DNA of 64,000 bases from Amoebophrya sp. A120 (Eukaryota > Protista > Dinoflagellata). Location of the stretch: positions 4,242,258 to 4,306,257 of the forward strand of contig CAJINV010000007.1 in the NCBI GenBank assembly GCA_905178155.1, given 5' to 3'. Under the pieces are notes generated by a model, which was not told where the DNA came from, did no database searches, and worked only from the letters and a program-made list of their open reading frames with translations. Positions 11,970-25,209 of this stretch are shown one piece after another (the stretch's first letter is position 1; every line of letters starts with the position of its first letter). Position numbers and translations under genes: made by a program.

Positions 11970-14836
11970 ATGTTAAACTTTCTGCAGACATACGACTGCG
12001 ATGGTTCAAGTACGTCGGACCATAGAAGGCACGGGAGCTGCAGCACATACTTATCAGGATACGTAACGCCATTTGAGCAGATGGAGTCGCTTATCTTCCC
12101 CCCCGACAACAACCATAACCCCAACACTGGCACAAGTCCTTCCGGCTTCATTGCGCCGCTACCTGTAGGAGCATTAGCGACACCGAGTGGAGATGGTAGT
12201 GTGTTTCGTTCTCGTACTCGTTTCCTATGTGATCACTTTTTATGTGATCATTGATTCTGCATCAAATGATGCATCGATCCTTTTGTTCTCTACACATTTC
12301 ATGTGTTATTCCTGTTACTTCATCGCTGTACAATAAAACTGCAGGCACAAACTGCGAGTTTCCTCCGACCCACGGGCTGACGCAAGGTTTGATTTCCGAA
12401 TACCGAGTTGCTCAAAGCGACGCAGAGGAGGGCGGGGGTCGCACGTCGATCCACATCGTCCCCGAAAGCGAGGTGCTGGTAGAACCGCAGGAGCCGCACC
12501 AGGTATCCAATCTAATGGAAGGTGAGCATGCAACCAGCGCGCCTTCTACGGCAACATTGCGCGATCCCGCAGTAGAGGCAGCAAGACACGACCTCCAGCA
12601 CGACCCCCGCGTTGGTGACGCGCACGTCCAGGCTTCCCGCCGCAATAAGACCCTGGCCCGGCACGAGTCCGAAGAGTCCTCTTTTGCCGAGCACCTTCCA
12701 GGGGCGAAGGCCGTGAATTCAGGCGTGAAAAATTATTTCTCCTTTCTAAACTCTTTCCACAAACGGAAACCGTCCCCAGTAGAAACTGATGACCCGCAGT
12801 GGAAGCATTTGCTACAGGTGCCGATCAAACCAGCAACCGGAGCTGCTGGTGGTTCGAAGCAGAAGGGAAACGGGATTAAGAGTCGCGGCGATACTTCAGC
12901 GTCGAGTAGTAGTCGAAACGGTTCCTGCTCTTCGTCATCCTCGGTCTCAATTTCGAATCAAGAGGACAGCAGCTGCAGTGTGGACGAAAGTTGCGCATTG
13001 AGTAGTGGTGCCATTCTTGAAGACGCTCCCGCTGGGTTAGTTTTGCAACCAAGTAGTCGCGACGAGAGCGAGTTGGGCAGCAGTAAAACTACAGGGACCG
13101 CTCATGGGAAATCAGCATCTTCAACAACAGAAGGGAAATTATCGGGAGCCACGTCGCTGTCAGTAGAAGCGGGCTCGAGGAAAAGTAGTCCTTCAGTCGA
13201 GGAGTTCATCAGCCTCAACGCCATGCGGCAGCACTGCAAAGCGCGAGGACCACTTCCCCACACAGATCCGAGTAAAGGTCAATATGTGCATGCCGCGGTC
13301 AAAAGAAGCGCTACGACGGCTGAACCCTCATCAACAGCCCCGTCCACGACTTCATCTCGGAGCCAGAGCAAAAAACAAAAGGAAAAGTTTTCGAAACACC
13401 AGTCAAAATCTTTTTCCCTCTCAACATCTTCGAGCGGATTCGCGTCCCCCGCGTCAAGCCAGGCCGGATCCACCGCCTACGTGAACGCGAAATCTTCGCT
13501 CGACACGCTGACCCAAGCCCTCTCCCTTATCGCGGAGACGAAAAAGGGAATCACCAATCTGCTCGAGGTGGAGGAGGAGAGCTGCGATTCCGGCTGCCCC
13601 ACGCCCATGTCCGCGGTGTCGGCCCGGACAGGTGTGAGGCAGGACAACTGCTGTAGCGGGGGTCTGTACAAGAGCAACCCGGTCTCGTCCTCGTCGACCG
13701 GCTGGAGCAAAAATCTGCAACAGCAACCCGGGGCGCCGTCTTCGTCTTCCTGCAGTACACCCTGCTCTGCATCTTGCAGTGGCGCTGGGCGTCGTGCTAC
13801 AACGGAAGAAGCGAAGAGGAGCCATGGAACGTCTACTGGTAATACTACGAGTTCATCCACCTCTCTGTCGTCATCTGCGGTGTCTGACGTGAGAAGTGTC
13901 AGCATATTAAGCGACGTCGACAAGAGTAGAGTTACTAGCACGACTGCATCAACAACTTCATCTACGTCCAGACACAGACTGAAAGTTGGGTCTTCATCCA
14001 TGGTGGAAGATTTTGACACCTGCACACCACGGGCTGCTGGAGACGAGGTTTTGTTGTATCCCGCAACTACTGGGGGCAGAAACAGCATCAGCAACAGCAC
14101 AACATCTACCTCCAAGGACGAGTTCTTCGAGCAAGTAGATAAGAACTTCCCAAGAACAAAACAATCGAAGCTGCAGCAGCTCCAGCGGTTTCAAACGTGC
14201 GAAGAGTTGCTCGCTCCACCACGACACGGACAAGTAGATGAGAGGGAACAGGAACAATGCACTACCGCGGCTTCTTCGATAGCGCTCGCGAGATCTTCGG
14301 CCAGGGTTTTGCCGCTAGGGCCACCCTCCGGGTGGTTTTCTGGTGGAAGAAGCACCAAAATACCAGGAAATATACAATCCGTCGCGCAAGAAGCGGACCA
14401 GCAGCTGGAGGATTGCCGAATCCGACACTCCACGACCTATCTTCCGTTCGACGCCGCTGCTAGAATGTCTTCTCTATCGGGCAGGTCTTCAGACTCCGCC
14501 TCGAAAGTAGTGCCAGAGGCGGATGAGACTTGTGAGTTTTTCGAAGCTGAAAGCGAAAGCGACACCTCGCCAAAAAGCGGTACTAAAAGTGGGGGATTAG
14601 AACAACGGGAGCGGCAAAGAAGCGTTGAGATCAAGGGCTTGACGAGCAAAGAACGGAGGGCAACTGCATTTTCTTTTGCAACTGCAGCTAGCACATTGAC
14701 ATTTCCTGTGGGACTTATGCGTGCAACAGCAAGGGTTTGCGTTTTTGGGCCGGTGGCGTACTACGGGCTGCAGATGTTTCTCACGATGCTCGTTGATTCG
14801 GAGTTCGAAGATGGGCATGCAGGCGATATTCTGTGA
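11970..14836 (+). CDS. Ser/Thr-rich low-complexity protein, 2 exons (11970-12195, 12345-14836), possible C-terminal hydrophobic segment
   Basis: 861-aa ORF. Phase-1 GT-AG intron 12196-12344 joins it to upstream ATG 11970. C-terminus has VCVFGPVAYYGLQMFLTMLV. Confidence 0.65.
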
Positions 14837-15748
14837 ACAGGAAAGAAGATGAGCGTCTCAGGCTCATCAAACCTACTTATTATTATTTTCCATCTGCTAA
14901 GTGAGAGCTGACGCTGAGCATCTTGCTGGCTTGCAGTTTTTGCTGTCGTAGTTCATCATTGCTTTTTGCCAGCCGGCGGCGACGCTGAGAATATTCGCTT
15001 GCACCACACCAATAGCGGTGACAGAATATCAAGGCTTTGTTTATTTTGTGGTCAAACTCATGCTCCAAACATCGTGTTTTTAAAGGTTTCAACATATTTG
15101 CTGAGTTTTGGAAAAGAAACAGGAAATAAAGTTTGGGTACGTCAACTTCCACGCCCAGATGCTTTGTGTGAGCAAGGCGGGAAGGCGACTCAGCACAATA
15201 TCCCTATGTCTTTCTGCTCAGTTGACTTGTCCTGGTACAAAAACTCCTCGACGTTGGAGGAAGTAGCTATCAGCTGGAAGACCGACTGGCATTGGTCTCT
15301 TGGTTTAACAAGAACACGTAGGTGGAGAGAGTGACAATGAGAGGACATGGAGCAGCCTGACGAGAGCGAGTCAAGGTATGGAAGCATTCCGCTTCGTTAT
15401 GCAGCAATGGGAAATACAAAAAGCGAAACTCAATCTTCAGCTTTTCATTTTTCAAGTGGTCCGCCAGTCAACATCAATCCAGCAGCGAAGATGGAGATCC
15501 TATGTAGATCATTACAGTTACTCAGTTTAACTCCAAGACCAGCACCATAGAAAGACCATGATTGGAAGGGGATCAAAAGGATCATGAGTTTTCTAGTTCG
15601 GACAAGACGGAGGAGGGAAAAGGGTCAATGACCTCGACAATGAAGTTGACTACTACATCAACACCGTGAAGAACTACCTACATCCTGTTGATTTACCTTC
15701 TTCGCTGGGTGGCACTGCGTCGAAATAAAAACCGGAGCAACAATTAAC

Positions 15749-18700
15749 ATGGGGCACCTGCTCGAGGCTGGCGTCGGCGTGCTGCTGCAAGGACCGCGAC
15801 GGCGCCTCGTGGTCCTCCTCGGCTCAGTTCTGACCCCGCTTGGAAATTTTTACAACTGCGGGTTTGCGGATGCTGCTGCGGCTGGCACCGGGGGGAACGG
15901 GATGATTCAAAAGTTGAAACAGACTGGTCTGAATTTGCTGACAAATTGGGATCCTAGGTACAAAGCACTTTTCCCATCTTGACTCGTAAAAGCACTTCGT
16001 AAAGACAAGCACTTCGTAAAGAAAAGTACTTCGTAAAGAAAAGCACTTCGTAAAACAAAACGTAGTCATGTAAGGCGACACGGCAGATACTTCAACACAC
16101 TAGCAGCGTGCGGGGGGGGGCCAATGTGGTCCCCCCCACGCGCCGCGCCTATAAGTAAAACACGCCAGGGAATTTTCTTTTTTTTGCAGCAGAGGCTGGC
16201 TGTGGGACTTGGGGCAATGCCGGGGATTAGAAATGCAAATATGATGGCAGTGCGTTTCTATACTTAAGTATCTTGCTTCAAACATTTTTTCATTTTTTTG
16301 GCCTTTATTCACGCTCTTTGTCATTGTCTTTGGATTAGTTTCGCGTCACTTCATTGCACAAGTATTTAGAAATCATCATGGAAAATGGCGCGCGGAGTCG
16401 GAAACATTGAAAACGCCGCCGAGCTCGACGGAACCGCATGAAGGGCGGCGGGGGCGGGTTGGAAGATCTGCGCGCGTCGTTGGGGCCACAGAACGAGGAA
16501 GACTAGGCCGCGGGGCATACGCACGCGGGGGAGGAGGGGGAAAACGGAGGCGAAACGAGAACAAGGGGCGCAGTACGAAAATGGATCGAGGACCAACATG
16601 TTGGAGCAGGGGACAAGAGCGGAAAAGTAAGAAATCGGGAAAAAAAAAGCCGTATACCCGCGCAATTTCTTACATGTGAATAACATGGTGGGCGGGAGGG
16701 GTTCTTCACATTTTTGGAAACGCCCACCGCCCCGACTAGAGTAACTGAATGATGAAAAATTGGGGGCAGGGCAAAAAAAAAATTGGGATCCTAGGTATGG
16801 CTTCCCGTGGGGCGATAAGTGGAAGTTCCATTGTCCCAAGCCGACTTTCTCGACGGGATCCGGCTTGCCAGCCAAATTTGGAGTCCATGCAACGTGCGTA
16901 CTGAAGATTCCCGTGCAAGAGGTGCCATGCAAAACGGTGTTTGAGGAAATCACACTGCGGGGAAGCGAGAGATCTCTTTGGGTGGATCCGCACAATATGG
17001 GGACCTACGCGATTACTTACACTGATCCGGCACGCAAGGGTCGCACGGCACCAGATGACGATCTCTTCAAGGTATGCGAAGGAATCTCGCTGCAGTGCAA
17101 CTCCACATCAATGCAACATAGCCACGAGTCTTCAGTGTCTTATTCGTGATATTGGAACGAATTCCAATTCGCGAGCACGACTCTCATGGTGTTTCATTCT
17201 CGGCCGAAGACAAGTTCATGTCGACTTACACCAAGCATGGTTCAGGCCGCTGCACGTGAATGGACAGACGTGAGAATTATCGTCCGGGCCTACGATGTGA
17301 GAATTCTCCGGGCCTGTGTCGCTCCCAATAAAGCGAGGGCAATGTGAAGAAGAACATGGCTCCCTTGCATTCAGCAATTGTGAAGAGAGTTCTTGTGGTT
17401 GCTTATTTTTTATCCAGCTTCTGCGCATGAGTAAATTGACGCCTGCACGTGGTTTTTTTACTTGCATGCTTGTAGGCTGTAGCGCATTGCAGTTTTTTTC
17501 TTGGTATTTCGTGGCAGCATAGTCGAGGTAGACCGGCAAACAAAGCTACGGGACCCGAAAACAAACCAACCCTATACCGACAAAATCATCCTCCGCCTGC
17601 TGGAGGTCACGGAAAATATGAAAGTGGCGAGCTTTTGTCCTCTCCCTTGTCCTGAATCGAAGCGCACGAACAGGGAAGTAAGTTCAGACAAGAGAAATGA
17701 AGAAACGTTGTTGCAAGAAATCTACCTAGTATCGAAAGTACTGTTTATTGTGTCGCTGTCAGGATCATCCGCATTGTCCTGCAAGTAGGTAGTTCAGGTT
17801 CAGCTTCTAAAAACTTGTAAACTTTCGTATTTGATGTGTGACAAAGGAGGAGGAGGCAGGGGTCGTGCTGTTCACTTTTATAGAGTCCGGAAAAACTAGG
17901 CCTACGTGCAACGTTTACGCCTGCTCGATGTCGCAAGTGAAATCTGTGCGAGACGGGTCGACCAACTACTGCAACATAAAAAACTATGAAGAGTGCTGTG
18001 CTGTGATGGAAAATCGACGTCAGAACGGACACAAAAGCGATACCCATAGCAGTTCTATTTGAGGCGGCAACTATCATGCGTTGCCTACTTGTTGCATGAA
18101 AATCGAAATCGATTTTCGATACGGACATCGTCACAGACATAGTGAGCTAAGTATAGTTGTAAGTGCTGTTTGGGGGCACAGGCACCTCCAGAGTAGCCTG
18201 TTCCTGAGCAATTTTCTCTTTCGCCTTTGAGAGCGCGACAACCCTATTCAAGACAATGACAAACTGAAACTACATTATTTTTTTGTGTGAGCTCGTCCAT
18301 TTGATTTTGTCGACTTTTCACGTGACGTTAGCATACAGGCCTGATCTGTGGGCACAAGTCAGAGAACAACCGCGAGAAGAATTGCCCGGTTATGCAGTAT
18401 TCATTTGGTGACCTCGGTTGGACGAAGTCGTTGGATGAAGGCGGATATCAATAGCAAATATGTCTGGGTCTAGAGGAACGCACCGCCGGGAACAGGCTTT
18501 TTTATACTTGGCTGACAGGAGAAAATAACTACGCGTCATACTACCTAGTGCGATGCTTCTTCGTCATCTCTTTGTCATGCAAGAATCAACAATGCAATTA
18601 CAATTTGTACTTGTAGTCATTTTCTTTGGTTTTTACGGACTGAGACATTGACATAGCAGCTCGTCAAAGTTGTCATGCTCGGCTTCGAAGTAGACGAGGC

Positions 18701-19052
18701 TGCTTGCGCGTATTTCATCTACCCGCACAGAAGCATCACAATAGTCTGGACCAGATCCATATTTGCAATGCAGAGCGGGTTGGACTTCGGTTCTTGCACT
18801 CAGCACGACGACAAGGAGTGCAAAAGTGGCGAGTACCTGGAACTGGAACCGGAGGAAAATCCCGTGCGGCAACTGGAAGTCTATGACGATGCGAAACAAG
18901 TGCCGGCGAGGAAAGATCGGCGAACTAGACGCGACAGCACATCATCAAGTAGTGCCCTGGAAGTGTTTGACGACGGGTCGTCACAGGCGCCAGATGACGA
19001 GGAAACTAACACCACCATCTCCACTATCAAACAAAAAACCCTTCAACGTTAA
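15749..19052 (+). CDS. Cys-rich 'DPHN/STNYCN' family paralogue 1 (multi-exon; may extend to ~19421)
   Basis: Exons ~15749-15957, 16795-17071, 17528-17623, ~17886-17984, 18341-~18425, ~18775-19052 spell NWDPRYGFPWGDKWKFHCP...VHATC...WVDPHNMGTY...FKVDRQTK...YTDKI...CNVYACSMSQV...STNYCNIKN/LICG...CP...GLDFGSCTQHDDKEC, colinear with paralogues 2 and 3. Confidence 0.8.
15958..16794 (+). other. 837-nt GT-AG intron bounded by an 18-bp direct repeat
   Basis: AAATTGGGATCCTAGGTA at 15943-15960 and 16780-16797. Both flanking ORFs read NWDPRY. The donor and acceptor both come from the duplicated AG|GT. Confidence 0.8.
15984..16055. repeat. 17-bp tandem repeat, ~4 copies (AAGCACTTCGTAAAGAA)
   Basis: Directly visible, inside the intron above. 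Confidence 0.9.
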
Positions 19053-20501
19053 GAGCGGTCACTTTCACATAGGAAAGATAACGCATGACAGATTTTCTCA
19101 AGAATTATGCGTGTAATTTTATGAATGTGCAATCCTTAGCATTAGCCAAATATCTCCGCCTTGGTTCTTGTTTTCCTGGTGTCTCATTGCATGATGCAGA
19201 GTTCACGCAACTCAGTTGTGTTTCGTGTCAGCGTTAGCGGTTTTCCGTACTACGAAGATGTCGTCCATGGGTGCTCCAAATGCCTTCACCGGGACAGAAA
19301 AGGGAGAATTTCTCGACGAGCAGTGAGAAGAGCAGGGCAAGCAAGAGCGAAGCTCTTCTCGAACAGCGGCGCTTTTGAAGAAATGGAAAATAAGAACAAA
19401 AAGAAGTGCAAGTGTAAGTGAACACAGTCAGAATTTGTCAGCTCGAAGGCTAAGATAGAGTCACGCAAACAAAGTAGCTGGTCGTGGAGGACCAGCAAAA
19501 GCAACTCGTTCTTGCATCGCAAAGACAAGAACCCGCAGCACCGGAAATTTATTCTTGGCCGGGATTTCTTTTTGTTGGAGCGTACTGGTTGTACTAGACG
19601 TAGCTACTAGTACGTTATGGAAGCGATATGTTGTAGTAATCTTCGTGCTTGCTCGTTGGCTCAACATAGCGTCTGACTCTGCAACTGTTCTTCGGTCGTG
19701 AGAGATGAATGAAGCTCGATGCTTCCTCTATCGGTTGCAGAAAAAAACGTACATTTTAGATTTTTTTCAAATCTTCGTTCGGACTCTTCTACGTCAGCGG
19801 ACTGTCGGTTCAACCGCGCTTCGTCATTCTTTCGTACCTAAGTAACATTTTCGTACGTTTGTGTTTGACCAGTGGCAGGCGATTTTCGGTTCGCGTGAGG
19901 GAATAAGATGTCGGTCGTTGCGCTGGAGGTGGTACGACGACTACGTAATGTAGTTTGCTTAACGTCGGCTCTTTCGCTTTTGCGTCATCGAGCTTTTCTT
20001 TTCAAAAGTATTGTATGCCGTCGGTCTATATTATCGAAGCTCACTCAATTCCGGCGTCCTCTCGTTTGGATAATTGAATGTTGTTCTACGCCATCCTTCT
20101 TTTGGCGTGTTTTCTGTACTACGCTCTCACTTTGGCGATGAAAGTGACCAAGCCGTAGATGTTGCCAACTGCCACGGTCTTCGCAACCGAGGCATGAGCT
20201 TTACATAATCTCATGGAATTTGAATCAAAAAGCGCAGGAGATTTCCCATCTCGTGTTTTTTTTTCGGTTTTATTTTCAATTGAAGACTTTCATTTTTCTC
20301 GCATCCCCCGCGAGTGGCATTTTTACGACGCATTTTTTTTTTTTTTTCAGCGCGTGTGCATCGACCTGGGTCTGTGAACAGGCTCGACATGAGTCAGCGT
20401 CACGTGACTGAGTTTGCATTTTTGTGGCAACTTCAAACCTGCACCTGGTTTTTTGTTGCTTTTCGTTTTCTTTTAGTCAAGGCTCCATTCTAATTCTCCT
20501 G

Positions 20502-20563
20502 ATCTTTGTTTGTCGAAGTTGAAGGCACGATCGACCCTTATCTTTGTTTGTCGAAGTTGAAGG
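20502..20563. repeat. 24-bp direct repeat with 38-bp period
   Basis: ATCTTTGTTTGTCGAAGTTGAAGG at 20502-20525 and 20540-20563. Confidence 0.9.
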
Positions 20564-21516
20564 ACATGGCACGACCGCCCGGGGACGGAAAGCAATTCTC
20601 GGGCAAGCAAAAAATGCTGAAGTTGGGAAGGTTTTCGCGTGGTCTTCTGGTCGGCGCCTGGATCGTCCAGGACGCGGCAGCGCTGGATATCAAGGAATAT
20701 GTATGCAACAACACAAGCTGGTGGCTGCATCCTCTTCATCGACTGGCGTGCGAAAAACTGCTTTGCTTTTTCCTTCTGTCTCCTATCGCAGGACGTGCAT
20801 GAGCATGATCACAGCACCGGCGTCCAAGTATTTCATATTAGATAGAAGACGAAGGAGCCGGGTCGTGTCGCATCTTTTCATTCGCAGGACGACCACAGAG
20901 AAGTTTACTCGTTCCTGCCTTCCATAATTGCATGCTCATCTATGGTGAACAAATTCGCAGTTGTTGGTGAAGATTCTGCAACACTTGTTTCCCGTGGATA
21001 TCACGCGGCGAAGATGGTGGACGCACTGTATGATTACGGATTTTCCTGGACCAACTCGACGACTGCCCACCGCGAGACAGCTGGAATGCCCGCGGAGCAA
21101 GGCTCGGGGTTCCTGCAGCAGAAACGGCGATGCCGGCTGCGCGGCGGGAATTCCTGTGGAATCCAAGATACCGCAACGATCGGCAAGGACAAATTTCAAA
21201 CTGGCAGAATTCTTAACACGGGGGTCGACGGAGGACAACCACCTGTGGCTGGTGCCGGTGTATGGAGGGTCGCGCAATATTAAAGAAGGCAGTGATCCCC
21301 TGGCGAGCATGTGATACTAGATTCTAAAAGGATAAAAGTAAAACTAAAAGAGCAGAAGATGCTGCACAAGCACATGAGGTGAATGCCATAAGTAATCCAC
21401 GGAACACAAAGCAATCGACGTATGACTGCTAGTACCGCATTCTCTTTGTAGTGATCAACTCTTTTGTCATGGGAAAGACGAGCAGGAGAGGTTGATTTAG
21501 AACATGTTGATTCCTC

Positions 21517-24048
21517 GTGACCATGGATTCCGCAGTGCCTGCCGCAGGGGTTCCGAGTTTTCAATGCTTTTTTCCTCCATACGACAATGTGGCACCGCAG
21601 CATCAACAGCAACTTCTCGTCCCTGCTCCCCAGGTTCTTCTGGTGCCTGAACCTGCAAAAATGGTGCCTAAACGGGCACCATCAAGAGTTCGGCCACGAG
21701 GACCACCTGCTGGTGGTCCTAGAAGTACTACAACTGCACGGTCAGCAGATGCAGAAGGAGGAGAACACGGCCTAGTAGCACCAGTAGGAGGCCCAGGAGA
21801 AGCAGGCCAAGGGGGAGAAGGCCTAGGAGTACGACGAGCAGGACGAAAAATAAAACGAACTGTGAGCCAAGCAGCCGCAGCAGTCGGAGGAGCCGCAGCA
21901 GCCGGAGCAGCCGCAGCAGCCGGAGCACCCGGAGCAGTCAGAGCACGCATAGCGGGAACTGCAGCTCTAGCGGCGAGCAGAATTAAAAATTTTCGAAAGA
22001 GTGGAGATGACAAAGCAGGAAGCCTTTCAGCTGCACCAGCAGAAGGAGGCTACGGAGGACGAGGAGCAGACCTAGGAGAAGGCGTCGGAGGGGGAGACGA
22101 TCTACCAGGAGGGGGCGTCGCAGGAGGAGACCCAGCTCGCTCCACACGAGAATTGCTATCCCAGAAGATGAAAACTGTTTTCACTGTACAACTCATCTGA
22201 TTTTTGTATTGCTTTGTGAGATGGAAGGTGCCTACTTGTACTTGTACTTGATCTAGGCATGCAGGCAGTAGCAGTACTCCTACACAGCTGGCCCAGCTGT
22301 GTTTGTAACAGCAGCTGCAGCTGCTCTACTAGTGGAGCAGCTGTTGATCATTGGCATCATGCTACTGTTTGCTCCTGCTTAGTATCATCATAAGGACCAA
22401 AATTATATAATTTTGTCATTGCATGTTTTTCTTTTTCTTTTTGTTTTTATTTCTGCGAACCAATGCGATACAGTGTTGATGCAGGTTGTCATCTGTGCCA
22501 TAACCATATCCATCATCTTCATCGACGTCCGTCGGGACGGCAACGGGAGAGATGGGTCATACTACGGCTACGGCAGAACCTCTACCTTCACCACGCGTCG
22601 ACCAACGAGTGGCACCAGAGCCACCAGGACCCCATGATGAACATGAAGATGATGATCATGCTCATGACCAATCAGAACATCCAGACCGGCTGCAGAAGGT
22701 TGGGCACGGGTCTGTCACACCAGGCAGTGAGACATTTGACCGCGGTGATTCGGCGCATCTAGTTGAGCCTCCTTTTTTTCCACCGGTTGGCCGAGATCGG
22801 GAGACGGGGGCTTCGGGACTTCCTTCTCTGGAGCATGGCTATGGACGTCATGATGACGCGGCGACGCATGACGCAGCGACAGGATCAGAAGCGGCAGCAG
22901 GCGCCCTGGACGCGGGGGACCAGACTGCGCAAGCAGCTGGGTCCGAACATGAAGGACCGGCGTTCGCTGGGGCTTCGGAGGCTGGGGGAGCGCCCATGCA
23001 AGACACCAAGTTTTCATCTCGTGTTTCGACTGCTCCGTTGCCGGGCGGACATCTTGAACCAGTACCTGCGGAAATGCTGAAAGCACCCGGCGAAGTAGAA
23101 GAAGGCAAAGCAACTTTGTCGAAGGCCAGAACCGCCAACATGCACGATCTGGAGGCAGGGAAGAGCGGGAAACAGGCTGCCGAAGAGCAGGGCGCCACCG
23201 TCCCTGGCGCTCCATCACTGGATAGGCAGGGAACAGCCGTTGCAGGCGGCGAAGGCCACGGTGTCGTGGCGACCGAAGAAAGTACGGCGGCGATGCCGAA
23301 GCTGCCGGCGGATGACATTACGAAATATGAACAACCCTTCGACGTGCGTGCTGCAGAACCTGAGCCGCACGGTCAAGACTCTGCGGGGAGGGCGAGCTTC
23401 GACAAAGTAGAGGAACGCCAGGACCTAACGAAGCATGCGCCTGCGGGGCCGGCGGTGGCCAAGGCAGACGCTACTGTGCCCCAGTCTGAAGAAGACCCTG
23501 CCGGGCTTGGTGCTGCGGAGGGCACAGCAGCTGCCCTGGCTCCGCCAGGTGAGCCAAACCTACTTTCGACGCGCGAAACTGCTGCGGTGCCCGGCGACGC
23601 GAAAGACGAAGAGGTTTCTTCTTCAGTTCGTACGGCAGCATCGTCCGCCGCAACATCCACACCCGGCTCTCCCCCGGATACGCCGTGGGGCCACGGACGA
23701 GCCTGGGCGCATCCTGCTGCAGGAGGAGATGAGGAAGCTCCTTCTATCCCAGGCGCAGCTCCTGCGCTCCTTAGTGAAAAGACCACCGCCCCCGTTTCGG
23801 AAGCCGAAGTTCCTATCCCGGATGAGGACACCAAGGCGAGGGCTATTCCTATTGCGCAGACGCTGGCGCCACGTGTAGCACAAGAACTGCAAAAATCTTC
23901 TTCGACGGAGCCCAGGGGGGTTGGAGCTCCCGCAGGTGAAGAACTGGAAGAGTCGTCACTCTGGTACAAAAATTGGTTATGTGCGGGATCGTCAGAAATC
24001 GTCCTCCTAGGAGGGTCAGACAAATCCAGTGCCGCGGGGGCAAGCTAG
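21517..24048 (+). CDS. Pro/Ala/Gly/Glu-rich low-complexity protein; ORFs 21517-22200 and 22552-24048 probably joined (start and possible upstream exons at ~20570-21310 uncertain)
   Basis: Two long same-strand ORFs of similar composition separated by an AT-rich ~350-nt gap. The downstream frame is open from 22504. Confidence 0.5.
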
Positions 24049-24559
24049 AGGGGCACTTTCGGCTGCAAGTAAACCTCTCCCGTAGTATTCCTATCCTCGT
24101 ATAATTTTGGATGTATTTGCCCACAGACTATGTATTGGTACACATTGTAGTTGTCGCGTAGTCTTTGCGTCGTATGTAATAAAGAGTAGCAAAGAAAACG
24201 ACAGAATGCAGAACTGAAACTGTAGGAGGTAGAAGCGCACCACTAGTTTTTCTACAGATGACTTTCTTTAACTACGACTACCACCCCAACCACACTGGTC
24301 GTTTGGTCGCGCGGAGTCTTTTTGCAGAGGAAGGAGATGGTGAGGTGGTAGGGGCGGTTGGTAGGTTTAAACCTGACGCGCGCACTGCTCGCGCCCGTCC
24401 AAAAATTTTCTGTCGGGCGAGCCCGCCCGGTTGGCGGAGGGCGGCGATACATGAATCTAAAGCTGGCTTCTGCCTGTTTCATTGCAAGGGGTCCTCCCGG
24501 AGTGGTGGGGGTGTTTTCCAAGTCGCACTGTAGTAGAAATATAATGTAGTGAGAGCATT

Positions 24560-24799
24560 TATGGGAGCGTCAGGATCGAAATCGACAAAATCGAAAAAAA
24601 ATTCTGGCTGTACTTGGCGGGGGCCTTCAGGGCACCCCCTCCGGGACCCGTTTCGATTCTGACACACTCAGGCATACCGTCGCGGCTAGCGGGAAAAGGT
24701 CCGAGTGTGTCAGAATCGAAATGCGAAATCCCGGCACCCCTCCAGGGGGCCCCTGGGTTTTTTTTCGATTTTGCGAATTTCGATCCTGACGCCTCCATA
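24560..24799. mobile_element. 240-bp fold-back element (MITE/introner-like) with 5-bp target duplication GCATT
   Basis: Left arm TATGGGAGCGTCAGGATCGAAATCGACAAAATCGAAAAAAAA pairs imperfectly with right arm TTTTTTTTCGATTTTGCGAATTTCGATCCTGACGCCTCCATA. Inner arms TTTCGATTCTGACACACTC / GAGTGTGTCAGAATCGAAA. GCATT at 24555-24559 and 24800-24804. Confidence 0.85.
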
Positions 24800-25209
24800 G
24801 CATTCGCATTGTGTTGTCCTTCCGGGCATGGGGAAGGCCTCTGTCCCTGCTTTTTCCCGGCCGCGTGTGCCACCAGCTGCTGCATCTAGACAGCCAACGG
24901 AAGATGCTTTGTCGCCATATGGTCCGAAAAACGCGGATACAGATCCAGTAAGTAAGGCTGAGTCACGAGACGCGTTTTCGTCGTCTTGCGTTCCCATGCG
25001 ATCAAGGTGTAGCTCATGCGACCCGACGTCGCGGCGTACTCCGAGTACTAGTTACACTTACTAGTACGCAGGTATGTCCTGGCCCTGAAAATAGACAGCG
25101 GCGCGCATTACGTTTGTGCAGGGATCTAGGGTTGTAGTTGCTGTTTCATGATGTTGCTCATTATTGTTCGAGCGGCGCAGTGGGGTTGTAAAGGAAATTC
25201 TCAGTAACT

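Noticed and set aside
15984-16055. CRISPR-like array (also considered for 25457-25575 and 44190-45450)
   Set aside because: No unique spacers, no cas genes, eukaryotic spliced context
18422-18775. Another non-canonical intron in paralogue 1
   Set aside because: An in-phase GT-AG join (18427-18775) exists and gives an acceptable protein
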